NCBI GenBank assembly: GCA_905198125.1
Contig: CAJKBH010000006.1
Span: forward strand, 11,842 to 75,841
DNA: 64,000 bases
DNA from: an uncultured Porphyromonadaceae bacterium
GTDB lineage: Bacteria > Bacteroidota > Bacteroidia > Bacteroidales > Muribaculaceae
Direction of reading: 5' to 3'
Numbering within the stretch: position 1 is the first letter of the stretch; every line of letters starts with the position of its first letter. The notes below the pieces were generated by a model. It did not search any database. It saw only the letters and a list, made by a program, of their open reading frames with translations, and was not told the DNA's origin. The position numbers and the translations under genes are program-made. Below are positions 9,568-21,380 of this stretch, piece after piece.

Positions 9568-9912
9568 TTATATGTCCGATTCAAGATCATTTACCATGGC
9601 CTTAATCAATTCCACATCTACCGTTGAGTAATCAGACTTGTCGTAAATTTCCAACAAGAAAACTTCTCCGGCATCTTCGGTAACAATAACATTATAAGTT
9701 ATCACCCTTGCACCGCCCGATTTACCTCTTCCTTTAGAAGCGATTGCCATTCTTATCTTGCGAATCCCGGGACTCAACTCATCTCCCTGGAATGGATTAG
9801 CCTCCAAGGAATCTACTAATGAACCGAGGTCTGATTTCAAAGATCTATGCCGCTTGCTAAGAGCCTTAGCAGATCTCTCAAATCGTGGAGTAGTATGTAT
9901 CTTAAAGCTCAT
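9568..9912 (-). CDS. Type II toxin, RelE/ParE superfamily
   Basis: 114 aa, KSGGARVITY core typical of RelE/ParE-fold toxins; overlaps upstream antitoxin gene by 11 nt; local GC about 40 percent. Confidence 0.75.
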   Translation of the reverse strand: MSFKIHTTPRFERSAKALSKRHRSLKSDLGSLVDSLEANPFQGDELSPGIRKIRMAIASKGRGKSGGARVITYNVIVTEDAGEVFLLEIYDKSDYSTVDVELIKAMVNDLESDI

Positions 9913-10135
9913 TTAGGAAATCTTTTGCTGATTTTGCCTTAAGTTTCCCTTCCCTAATCATTTTTACCTCCCTTAAACCTTCGCATATACGAGTAGTTAG
10001 CGTATCTTCTTCCGTCACTGGCATTATCTTAAACATACCTATACGTGAAGACAACAATACAGATTCTCCTTTTTTGGCTTTTGTCAATACAGCTGTCTGA
10101 TTCGCTCTAAATTCTCTTGCACTAATTATTTCCAT
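9902..10135 (-). CDS. Type II antitoxin, Phd/YefM-like
   Basis: 77 aa, N-terminal MEIISAREFRANQTAVL Phd/YefM signature, immediately upstream of and overlapping the toxin. Confidence 0.7.
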   Translation of the reverse strand: MEIISAREFRANQTAVLTKAKKGESVLLSSRIGMFKIMPVTEEDTLTTRICEGLREVKMIREGKLKAKSAKDFLNEL

Positions 10136-10235
10136 AATCTATCTTATTTTTACGTACAAAGATAACAAATGGAAACCAATTTGGTACACGCATTAACATT
10201 ATTTAATATTCAATGCGTAACGAAAGTTTTAGTTT

Positions 10236-10277
10236 GGTTATTTAATTTTGAATGTTGAATAAATGGTCAAAATTCAA
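10236..10277. repeat. Perfect 12-bp inverted repeat ttaattttgaat ... attcaaaattaa with 18-nt spacer
   Basis: Located just 3' of the ABC-F stop and about 100 bp upstream of the TA operon start; possible terminator or operator. Confidence 0.5.
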
Positions 10278-10279
10278 AA

Positions 10280-13236
<2,957 letters not shown>

Positions 13237-13310
13237 TTTCTATCTTAACCTTAACCCCTGGTTTAAACTAACCTCTTAACTTTCTAAACTTTTTCAACTT
13301 TCTAAACTAC
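13237..13310. repeat. AT-rich AACTTT-type repeat element (cttaactttctaaactttttcaactttctaaactac) 3' of panD
   Basis: Closely related copy at 31240-31279 downstream of the porin gene; contains palindrome gtttaaac. Confidence 0.6.
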
Positions 13311-13660
13311 GCCTTCAGCCTGTTGGTGGCCGTATCCGGGAAAATCACCGTGGGCTTCCAGTCGGCGGCCTCCTCGGGCGTCATGCGGGCGTAAGCCATG
13401 ATGATGACTATGTCGCCGGGCTGCGCGCGACGTGCGGCGGCGCCGTTCAGGCACACTATGCCGCTGTTCTCCTCGCCGGCGATGGTGTATGTGTCGAAGC
13501 GCTCGCCGTTGTTGTTGTTGACGATGAACACTCGCTCGCCGGGCAGGATGTTGGCGGCGCGCAGCAACGCGGCGTCAACCGTGATACTCCCGATGTAGTT
13601 CAGATCCGCCTCCGTCACCGTGACGCGGTGGATCTTGGATTTCAGCATTTCTATCTGCAT
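13307..13660 (-). CDS. panD: Aspartate 1-decarboxylase
   Basis: [12 protein letters not shown]...GSITVD pyruvoyl-dependent PanD signature. Confidence 0.92.
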   Translation of the reverse strand: MQIEMLKSKIHRVTVTEADLNYIGSITVDAALLRAANILPGERVFIVNNNNGERFDTYTIAGEENSGIVCLNGAAARRAQPGDIVIIMAYARMTPEEAADWKPTVIFPDTATNRLKA

Positions 13661-13690
13661 GGTTGCATTCAGCTGTTCGGCACTCTGGAT

Positions 13691-14554
13691 TCAGACGCCT
13701 GATTCGTTCTTATATGTGATATTGTCGATGAGACGCACCGCGCCGCAATAGACTGTGATGCAACCCACTATCCAGCGGGCCTCGGCCCAGTCGTCGATGG
13801 GCTGCATGGTCTCGGCGTCCACGATCTCGAAGTATTCCACACGCATTCCGGGTACGGCGTTGAGGCGGTCCACCACGGTGTCGTGCGTGGCCTGCAGCGA
13901 ATGGTCCAGCATGTAGGCCTTCGACTCCATCAGCGCGGCGTGTATCTCGGGCGCCACCTTGCGCTGCTCGGGCGTCAGCAGGGCGTTGCGGCTGGACAGC
14001 GCCAGACCGTCGTCTGCGCGCTTGATGGGACAGGCCACGATCTCGACATCGATTCCCTCGCTCTTTACCATGTTGCGTATCACGGCTATCTGCTGGAAAT
14101 CCTTCTCACCGAAATACGCGCGGTCGGGACGCACCAGCAGGAACAGGCGGCTCACCACCTGCGCCACGCCCTGGAAGTGTCCGGGACGGTACTTCCCCTC
14201 CATCACCTCCGCGGCGGCGCCAAGGTCAAACTCATGGTCGCGCTCCGTGCCGTCGGGATAGACGGCCTCCACGCTCGGCATGAACACCACCGACACGCCG
14301 GCCTCGGCCAGCAGACGGGCGTCCTCCTCCTCCGTGCGCGGATAGGTGGCCAGGTCATTCGCATTATTGAATTGCGTGGGATTCACGAACACGCTCACCA
14401 CGCTTTCGTCGTTTTCTTTCACACAGCGCTCCACCAGCGACAGGTGTCCCCGGTGCAAGGCTCCCATGGTCGGCACAAATCCTATGCTCCGGCCATTATT
14501 CTTGGCACGGGCAACATATTGCTCCAGTTCCCCTGCCTCTTTGATTATCAGCAT
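13691..14554 (-). CDS. panC: Pantoate--beta-alanine ligase
   Basis: [16 protein letters not shown]-type motif. Confidence 0.93.
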   Translation of the reverse strand: MLIIKEAGELEQYVARAKNNGRSIGFVPTMGALHRGHLSLVERCVKENDESVVSVFVNPTQFNNANDLATYPRTEEEDARLLAEAGVSVVFMPSVEAVYPDGTERDHEFDLGAAAEVMEGKYRPGHFQGVAQVVSRLFLLVRPDRAYFGEKDFQQIAVIRNMVKSEGIDVEIVACPIKRADDGLALSSRNALLTPEQRKVAPEIHAALMESKAYMLDHSLQATHDTVVDRLNAVPGMRVEYFEIVDAETMQPIDDWAEARWIVGCITVYCGAVRLIDNITYKNESGV

Positions 14555-14615
14555 CGCTTTGCTTGGTTTTTGTGCGCAAAATTACTAAATTCTCGGCAAA
14601 CTCGAAAATTTTTAT

Positions 14616-14623
14616 TAACTTTG
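14616..14623 (+). promoter_or_regulatory. Bacteroides-type -7 box TAACTTTG
   Basis: Exact TAnnTTTG about 95 nt upstream of the 14717 ATG in divergent panC/glgA-like intergenic region. Confidence 0.4.
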
Positions 14624-14716
14624 CAGTCATTATATATAATATTATAGCGATAAGGTACGGCTCCGCGGGCAAGCGCCGCCTACCTTGCCCATACGAGAGA
14701 CATAGCAGACACAAGA

Positions 14717-15538
14717 ATGGCAGACAACAGGATCATATATGTATCCCAGGAGATAGCCCCCTATCTCCATCACAGTGAAAACGCACGACTGGACCGCGAA
14801 TTACCTCAGGAAATGCAGGAGCTTAAGTACGAAGTGCGCACCTTCATGCCCGATTTCGGCACCATCAACGAGCGACGCAACCAGCTGCACGAGGTGATTC
14901 GTCTCAGCGGCGTCAACATACCCATCCGCGACAACGACCATCCCCTGATCGTAAAGGTGGCCTCGATGCAGCCCTCGCGAATCCAGGTCTATTTCATCGA
15001 CAGCGACGATTATTTCCAGAAACAGGACAGCGACGCCGACCCCTTCGGCTCAAACCGCACGGACAACGACGAGCGGATGATATTCTACGCCCACGGCACC
15101 ATGACCACGGCCAAGAAACTGCAGTGGGATCCCGATGTGGTGCACGTCACCGGATGGATGTCCACCCTGGTGCCTCTGTATCTGAAGCGCCTGTTCAACG
15201 ACGGCCCGTCATTCCACCACACCAAGGTGATATACACCGTAGGACCCGAGACCGAGATAGCCCCGCTCGACCCCGACTTCTTCGAGAAGCTGAAGGCCGA
15301 GGGCGTGCGCAAGACCGACCTCAAGCCCTTCGCCGAAATGGAGCTGAACCGCACGACGCTGCACAAGATGGCCATCAACTGGTCGGACGGCCTGGTGTTC
15401 CGTGGCATCGAGCCGGATCCCGAGCTGGTGGAATTCGCCGAGGCCGCCAAAGTGCCCTGGATTCAGATCGACGGCGAGACCGCACACGGCAAGGAACTCA
15501 ACGAATTCTACAAGAGCGTGCCGCTACGCAAGGCGTAA
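14717..15538 (+). CDS. Starch/glycogen synthase catalytic-domain protein (GT5 N-terminal domain only, 273 aa)
   Basis: Resembles short glycogen-synthase-like proteins conserved next to panC in Bacteroidales. Confidence 0.55.
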   Translation: MADNRIIYVSQEIAPYLHHSENARLDRELPQEMQELKYEVRTFMPDFGTINERRNQLHEVIRLSGVNIPIRDNDHPLIVKVASMQPSRIQVYFIDSDDYFQKQDSDADPFGSNRTDNDERMIFYAHGTMTTAKKLQWDPDVVHVTGWMSTLVPLYLKRLFNDGPSFHHTKVIYTVGPETEIAPLDPDFFEKLKAEGVRKTDLKPFAEMELNRTTLHKMAINWSDGLVFRGIEPDPELVEFAEAAKVPWIQIDGETAHGKELNEFYKSVPLRKA

Positions 15539-15605
15539 GGCACATAATTTAATTTTGAATAATAACCCGGGCGTGACGCGCCCTACCAACAACACATTCA
15601 GGAAC

Positions 15606-17030
15606 ATGAGGCTGAAACTGACCGGACTGGCATTGACATGCTGCATGGCGCTTGGGTTCATCGCCTGTCAGGACGACACGTCGACAATCGGCGGCTCGCT
15701 CGCCCCGGGCGAAGTGACCATCACCGTCGATTCCATCGAGACCGACCTCAGGGGCAAGGCGGAGTGGATCAACGACTTCGACTCCCGCACCACCACCAAG
15801 CTGTTAGGCAACCTTACCATCCCCGAGTACGGCAATCTGAAGTGCAGCTTCGTCACCCAGATGATGAGCTCCACCAAGATGAACATACCCGACTCCATTC
15901 CGGAATCGGACGTGGACTCCATACGCATGGTCATGTCCATACCCCGTGGCGCTCTTACCGGCGACTCGCTCGCCCCGCAGCAGCTGCGCGTGTACCGCCT
16001 CAACAAGGCCCTGCCCAAGGACATCGACTCCAGGTTCGACCCAACCGGTTACTACGACCCGTCGGCGCCGTTCGCCACCAAGAGCTACACCGTCAGCAAC
16101 ATATCGAAGAACGACACCATCTTCGCACAGTCGGTTTACGTCAACATCCCCATGCAGCTGCCCCTCGAGTTCGGCCGCGAACTGTTCCGTAAATACCGCG
16201 ACAACGACCCCATCTTCGAATGGCCGGCCACGTTCAACCAGTGGTTCCAGGGCATCTATGTGGAGCAGAATTTCGGCAACGGATGCGTGGCAAACATAGC
16301 CAGCGTGCGCTCCTATCTGTACTGGCACCGCAAGGAACGCGAGGCCGTAACGGTAGACTCGGCCAAGGTGGAATACCGCGACGTCATAAGGCGCGACTCC
16401 GTCTGCCTGCTGGCGTCGGCACCCGAGGTGCTGTCGTCCAACAACATCAACTACAGCCCCTCGGCACAGCTGCAGAAGCTGGCCGAGGAGGGCAAAAGCC
16501 TCGTCACATCGCCCGGCGGATACGTCACCACGTTCCGCTTCCCGGTGCGCCAGCTGCTGGACCGTTACATGGAGGCCGATACCGAGCTGTCGGTGATTTC
16601 GTCGCTGGTGCTTAAGATTCCCGCCGTCTCAGTCAAGAACGACTACGGAATGATGCCACCCGCCAATCTGCTGATGACCACCCTGGACCAGCGCGAGGAA
16701 TTCTTCCGCGAGAACAAGATTCCCGACAACGTCACCTCGTTCTACTGCACGTACGATTCGGAGAACAAGATATATACCTTCAGCTCCATGCGCGAATACC
16801 TGCTGAAGAAACTGGATGAATACCGCAAGGATCCGGCCAATTTCTCCGACGATGAGGTGTTCTGCCTGCAGCCTATAGCCGTCACCACAGAAACCACCAA
16901 CAACTACTACGGACAGCAGACCACCTACGTGACTCGTGTGGCACCGTATCTGGCCACTCCCACAATGGTGGAACTCGACATGGAGCACGCGCAGATTCTG
17001 TTCACGTTCTCATCTCAAGTGTTGGAATGA
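15606..17030 (+). CDS. DUF4270-family lipoprotein
   Basis: Signal peptide with lipobox (LGFIAC); conserved position after the glycogen-synthase-like gene; start moved to internal ATG. Confidence 0.6.
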   Translation: MRLKLTGLALTCCMALGFIACQDDTSTIGGSLAPGEVTITVDSIETDLRGKAEWINDFDSRTTTKLLGNLTIPEYGNLKCSFVTQMMSSTKMNIPDSIPESDVDSIRMVMSIPRGALTGDSLAPQQLRVYRLNKALPKDIDSRFDPTGYYDPSAPFATKSYTVSNISKNDTIFAQSVYVNIPMQLPLEFGRELFRKYRDNDPIFEWPATFNQWFQGIYVEQNFGNGCVANIASVRSYLYWHRKEREAVTVDSAKVEYRDVIRRDSVCLLASAPEVLSSNNINYSPSAQLQKLAEEGKSLVTSPGGYVTTFRFPVRQLLDRYMEADTELSVISSLVLKIPAVSVKNDYGMMPPANLLMTTLDQREEFFRENKIPDNVTSFYCTYDSENKIYTFSSMREYLLKKLDEYRKDPANFSDDEVFCLQPIAVTTETTNNYYGQQTTYVTRVAPYLATPTMVELDMEHAQILFTFSSQVLE

Positions 17031-18115
17031 ACCTATTAGGAATATTGGCGTTCAGTCTGCTCTCGTTCATCACGGGCGCGGACAGCATCGGAGCCCCTGC
17101 GGGCGCCGACCTGCTGTTTGTGGGCGACGCCATGCAGCATCAGGCGCAGCTGGACCGCGCGCGAGAGCTGGGCGGCGGCAAAGGCTATGACTGGAACGAA
17201 TGCTACTCGCTGATAGCTCCCGACATCACCGCCGCCGATTACGCCGTGTGCAACCTGGAGGTGCCCCTGGGCGGCGGTCCCGACTATTCGGGCTATCCCT
17301 GCTTCTCCGCTCCCGACAATTACGCACAGGCCCTGAAGGACGCCGGATTCGACATGTTCCTGACGGCCAACAACCACTGTCTGGACCGTGGCGACAAGGG
17401 GGCCCGCGCCACCATCAAGGCCCTGGACCGTCTCGGAGTGGACCATGTGGGTACTTACGCCGACTCGCTGCAGCGCACGCAGCGCGTACCGTTCATCAGG
17501 GACATCAAGGGAATCAAGGTAGGATTCCTTAATTATACATACGGCACCAACGGCATCGAGCCGCGCGACGGCATCGAGGTGTCGATGATAGACCGCGACC
17601 GCATGGCGCGCGAAATCAAGGCCACCCGCGAGGCCGGCGCTGAGATTCTGGTAGTGGCCGTGCACTGGGGCGTGGAGTATGTGCTTCTGCCCGGACAGGC
17701 GCAGAAGGACCTGGCGCGGTTCCTGGTGGACCAGGGCGTGGACATGGTCATCGGCGGCCACCCGCACGTGATACAGCCTATGGAAGTGGTGCGCAACGAG
17801 GCCGAGGACAAGGACGTACTCGTGGTGTATTCGTTAGGCAACCTGATATCGAACATGAAGACGGCCGACACGCGAGGCGGCGCGCTGGTCAAGGCGCGCA
17901 TAGAGCGCGGTGCCGACGGCAAGGCGCGCTTCGTGAGGGCCGCGTACGACACTTTCTTCTCGCAGAAGCCCCACGGGCCGCGCGGCAACTTCAAGGTGGT
18001 GCCCTCGCGTATGGCCGACCGCATACCGGCCGCGCAGAAAGCGCACTGGGAGCTGTTCGACCGCAACGCGCGCCGCATATTCGACCAACACAACAGAAAC
18101 GTGCCGTCATTGTAA
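17027..18115 (+). CDS. CapA-family metallophosphatase-like protein
   Basis: Signal peptide, calcineurin-like fold motifs GDxxQH, NNH; 4-nt overlap with upstream gene. Confidence 0.7.
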   Translation: MNLLGILAFSLLSFITGADSIGAPAGADLLFVGDAMQHQAQLDRARELGGGKGYDWNECYSLIAPDITAADYAVCNLEVPLGGGPDYSGYPCFSAPDNYAQALKDAGFDMFLTANNHCLDRGDKGARATIKALDRLGVDHVGTYADSLQRTQRVPFIRDIKGIKVGFLNYTYGTNGIEPRDGIEVSMIDRDRMAREIKATREAGAEILVVAVHWGVEYVLLPGQAQKDLARFLVDQGVDMVIGGHPHVIQPMEVVRNEAEDKDVLVVYSLGNLISNMKTADTRGGALVKARIERGADGKARFVRAAYDTFFSQKPHGPRGNFKVVPSRMADRIPAAQKAHWELFDRNARRIFDQHNRNVPSL

Positions 18116-18136
18116 CGAGACAATATAATATAAGGA

Positions 18137-19189
18137 ATGGAAACAGTGCGATTCAGTGACGTCAAGGGTCAGGAGGAGGCCAAACGCCGTCTCCGCATGA
18201 CCGTGGACAGCGGCAAGCTGCCTCACGCACTGATGCTGACCGGACCGTCGGGCCTGGGCAAGATGCTGCTGGCCCGCGCGTTCATGGCATACGCCCACTG
18301 CGAGAATCAGCACGACGGCGAGCCTTGCGGACATTGCCGCAACTGCCGCCTTCATGCCGACATCGACCATCCCGACGTTCACTTCTCCTTCCCCATAGTC
18401 AAAAGCGCCGCAAAGCATATCCTCACTTCCGACGACCGGCACGACCTGTGGGTCAGAATGCTTACGGAGCACCCGCTGATGACGCCGCGCAACTGGCTGG
18501 AACTGATAGACGCCGGCAATTCGCAGCCGGCCATCCATGTGGAGGAGGCCCAGGACATAATACGCTTCGCCGCCTTCCCCTCGTACACCACATCGCTGAA
18601 ATTCTTCGTGATATGGCTGCCGGAACGTCTGCGTCCCGAGGCCGCCAACAAGCTGCTGAAGGTGATAGAGGAACCGTCCAACGGCATCTGCTTCCTGTTG
18701 GTGAGCAACAACGACCTGGAAGTGCTGCCCACCATCCTGAGCCGCACGCAGCGCATCGAGGTGCGCGCCAACGCCGTAACGTCCGAACCCGCCACCGACC
18801 AGGAGGAGACCGCCGAGTTCCGTCAGGTGTTCCAGACACTGATGCGCGACGCCTACCAGCGCAAGATAGGCAACATCAAACGCCTGTCGGAAAGCGTGGC
18901 CACCTGGGGGCGCGAGAAGCTGACCCGTTTCTTCACCTACATGACGGCCATGATCCGCGAGAACTTCATATACAACATGCGCATCCCGAAGCTGAACCGG
19001 CTGGAGGCGCAGGACGAGGCCTTCTCGCGCAATTTCGCCCCTTTCATCCATGCCGGGAACGTGGAGGAAATGATAAGCGAATGCGACCGCGCGCGAAACG
19101 AGATAACGCGCAACTGCAACCCCAAGATAGTGATGTTCGACTTCTTCCTCCTCATCGTGGCGCTGATACGCCGCAAACGCACTCAATAA
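18137..19189 (+). CDS. holB: DNA polymerase III subunit delta prime
   Basis: AAA+ clamp-loader Walker A (GPSGLGK), zinc-binding CGHCRNC module. Confidence 0.8.
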   Translation: METVRFSDVKGQEEAKRRLRMTVDSGKLPHALMLTGPSGLGKMLLARAFMAYAHCENQHDGEPCGHCRNCRLHADIDHPDVHFSFPIVKSAAKHILTSDDRHDLWVRMLTEHPLMTPRNWLELIDAGNSQPAIHVEEAQDIIRFAAFPSYTTSLKFFVIWLPERLRPEAANKLLKVIEEPSNGICFLLVSNNDLEVLPTILSRTQRIEVRANAVTSEPATDQEETAEFRQVFQTLMRDAYQRKIGNIKRLSESVATWGREKLTRFFTYMTAMIRENFIYNMRIPKLNRLEAQDEAFSRNFAPFIHAGNVEEMISECDRARNEITRNCNPKIVMFDFFLLIVALIRRKRTQ

Positions 19190-19219
19190 GGCTATAACAT
19201 ACAATAAGGCTATAACAAA
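19184..19219. repeat. 18-bp tandem duplication (caataaggctataacaNa x2) spanning the holB stop codon
   Basis: Two adjacent near-identical 18-mers, first copy includes TAA stop of holB. Confidence 0.7.
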
Positions 19220-19267
19220 CAAAACGTAGAACCAATATACACAAACCTATAAAAAACTAAAAGACCA

Positions 19268-20173
19268 ATGAAACCTACACTATTCATTCTTGCTGCAGGT
19301 ATGGGATCGCGTTACGGCGGTCTGAAACAACTTGACGGTCTGGGCCCCAACGGCGAGACCATCATGGACTATTCCGTATACGACGCGCTGCGCGCCGGAT
19401 TCGGCAAGATCGTGTTCGTGATCCGCAAGGACTTCGAGCAGGAGTTCCGCGACAAGGTATTGAGCAAATATGAGGGCCACGTGCCCGTGGAGGTCGTATT
19501 CCAGTCCATCGACAAGCTGCCCGAGGGCCGCAAGCCGAATCCCGAGCGTCAGAAGCCGTGGGGCACCAACCACGCCGTGCTGATGGGTAAGGACGTGATC
19601 AAGGAGCCGTTCGGAGTGATCAACGCCGACGACTACTATGGAGCCGAGTCGTTCCAGGTGCTCGGCGATTTCCTGCGCAGCGTCGAGGGCAAGAAGAACG
19701 CATACTGCATGGTAGGCTTTAACATCGAGAACACCCTGAGCGAGAACGGCGGCGTGTCGCGCGGTCTGTGCGAGGTGGACGAGAACGGCTTCCTGACCGG
19801 TGTCAAGGAGTGCCACGGCATCCAGCGCGTGGACGGCAAGCTGATTCAGGATGAGCCCGACGGCTCGAAGTCACCCTTCCCCGAGGGCGCAAGCGTGTCG
19901 ATGAACATGTGGGGCTTCACCCCCGACTATTTCGATTACAGCGAAAAGGCATTCATCAAGTTCCTGGACGAGCACGGCGACGAGCTTAAGAGCGAGTTCT
20001 ACATCCCCAGCGTGGTCAACGACCTGATCAATGACGGCACCATCACGCTGAAAGTGGAGCCCACGCCCAGCAAGTGGTTCGGCGTTACGTTCGCGGCCGA
20101 CCGTCCCGCTACCGTGGCTCAGTTCCAGAAGCTCGTGGACGACGGCCTCTATCCCTCGCCCCTGTTCAAATAA
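19268..20173 (+). CDS. Sugar-phosphate nucleotidyltransferase (NTP-transferase fold)
   Basis: N-terminal LAAGMGSRYGG nucleotide-binding loop; adjacent to galE. Confidence 0.65.
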   Translation: MKPTLFILAAGMGSRYGGLKQLDGLGPNGETIMDYSVYDALRAGFGKIVFVIRKDFEQEFRDKVLSKYEGHVPVEVVFQSIDKLPEGRKPNPERQKPWGTNHAVLMGKDVIKEPFGVINADDYYGAESFQVLGDFLRSVEGKKNAYCMVGFNIENTLSENGGVSRGLCEVDENGFLTGVKECHGIQRVDGKLIQDEPDGSKSPFPEGASVSMNMWGFTPDYFDYSEKAFIKFLDEHGDELKSEFYIPSVVNDLINDGTITLKVEPTPSKWFGVTFAADRPATVAQFQKLVDDGLYPSPLFK

Positions 20174-20186
20174 TAAAGACAAGACA

Positions 20187-21209
20187 ATGAAAGAGAAAAT
20201 ATTGGTAACCGGCGGTACGGGCTACATCGGCTCGCACACCACCGTCAAGCTGCAGGAAGCCGGCTATGAGGTAGTGATAATCGACAACCTGTCCAACTCC
20301 AACATCGAGGTGCTGGACGGCATCGAGGCCATTACCGGCAAACGTCCCGTATTCTTCAAGGGCGACTGCACCGACATCGCCACGCTGCGCCGGCTGTTCA
20401 CAGAGAATCCCGGCATCAAGGGCATCATCAACTTCGCCGCCAGCAAGGCTGTGGGCGAGTCCGTACACAAGCCCATCCTGTACTACCGCAACAACCTCGG
20501 CACCCTGCTCAACCTGCTGGAGTGCATGCCGGAGTTCGGCGTTAAGGGCATCGTGTTCTCATCGAGCTGCACCGTCTACGGCGAACCCGACGTGAACCCC
20601 ATCGACGAGACCGCTCCCATCAAGCCCGCTACATCGCCTTACGGCAACACAAAGCAGATCTCGGAGGAGATAATCCGCGACGTCATCATCTCGGGCGCTC
20701 CCATCAAGTCGATTCTGCTGCGTTACTTCAACCCCATCGGCGCGCATCCCAGCGCGAAGATCGGCGAGCTCCCCGTGGGCGTGCCCCAGAACCTGGTGCC
20801 CTACATCACGCAGACCGCTGCCGGCATCCGCAAGGAGCTGACCGTGTTCGGCGATGACTACAACACCCCCGACGGAAGCTGCATCCGCGACTACATCGAC
20901 GTCAACGACCTGGCCGCCGCTCACGTAATCGCCATGGAGCGCATGCTGAGCCGCGAGGACACCGACCAGCTCGAGGTGTTCAACCTCGGCACCGGCAACG
21001 GCCTGTCCGTGCTGGAACTGGTCAACGCATTCCAGGACGCCACCGGCGTGAAGGTACCCTACAAGATCGGCGCACGTCGCGAAGGCGACATCGAGAAGAT
21101 CTGGGCCGACCCCAAGAAGGCCAACGAGGTACTGGGATGGAAGGCCGAGACACCCATCAACGAAACCATGGCCAACGCCTGGAGATGGCAGTGCACCCTT
21201 CCCAAATAA
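20187..21209 (+). CDS. galE: UDP-glucose 4-epimerase
   Basis: GGTGYIGSH NAD-binding motif, YxxxK catalytic motif (YGNTK), 340 aa. Confidence 0.92.
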   Translation: MKEKILVTGGTGYIGSHTTVKLQEAGYEVVIIDNLSNSNIEVLDGIEAITGKRPVFFKGDCTDIATLRRLFTENPGIKGIINFAASKAVGESVHKPILYYRNNLGTLLNLLECMPEFGVKGIVFSSSCTVYGEPDVNPIDETAPIKPATSPYGNTKQISEEIIRDVIISGAPIKSILLRYFNPIGAHPSAKIGELPVGVPQNLVPYITQTAAGIRKELTVFGDDYNTPDGSCIRDYIDVNDLAAAHVIAMERMLSREDTDQLEVFNLGTGNGLSVLELVNAFQDATGVKVPYKIGARREGDIEKIWADPKKANEVLGWKAETPINETMANAWRWQCTLPK

Positions 21210-21237
21210 TCCTGCAATTGTAATCCAACTCCATAAA

Positions 21238-21275
21238 GACGGAGCGCCGGCCCGACCGACGCTCCGTTATTTTAT
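21238..21275 (+). terminator. Rho-independent terminator for galE
   Basis: 8-bp stem acggagcg/cgctccgt, 13-nt loop, followed by tattttat. Confidence 0.55.
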
Positions 21276-21326
21276 CTCCATGTTATCTATCAGAACAGAT
21301 ACTGCTTATTCTCCTCCGTGATTTCA

Positions 21327-21364
21327 ATTCGGAATTTACTGTAAATTTGCAGTAATTTCCGAAT
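21327..21364. repeat. 38-nt imperfect palindrome attcggaatttactg-taaatttg-cagtaatttccgaat
   Basis: 15-bp arms with one mismatch; contains TACTG-N8-CAGTA core; lies between convergent galE and AddB-like genes. Confidence 0.5.
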
Positions 21365-21380
21365 ACATCCAAATTTTACG

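Noticed and set aside
18107-19222. 371-aa minus-strand ORF antisense to holB and 290-aa plus ORF 18325-19197 in an alternative frame
   Set aside because: No motifs, Arg/Ala/Gly-rich composition, overlap a well-supported clamp-loader gene.
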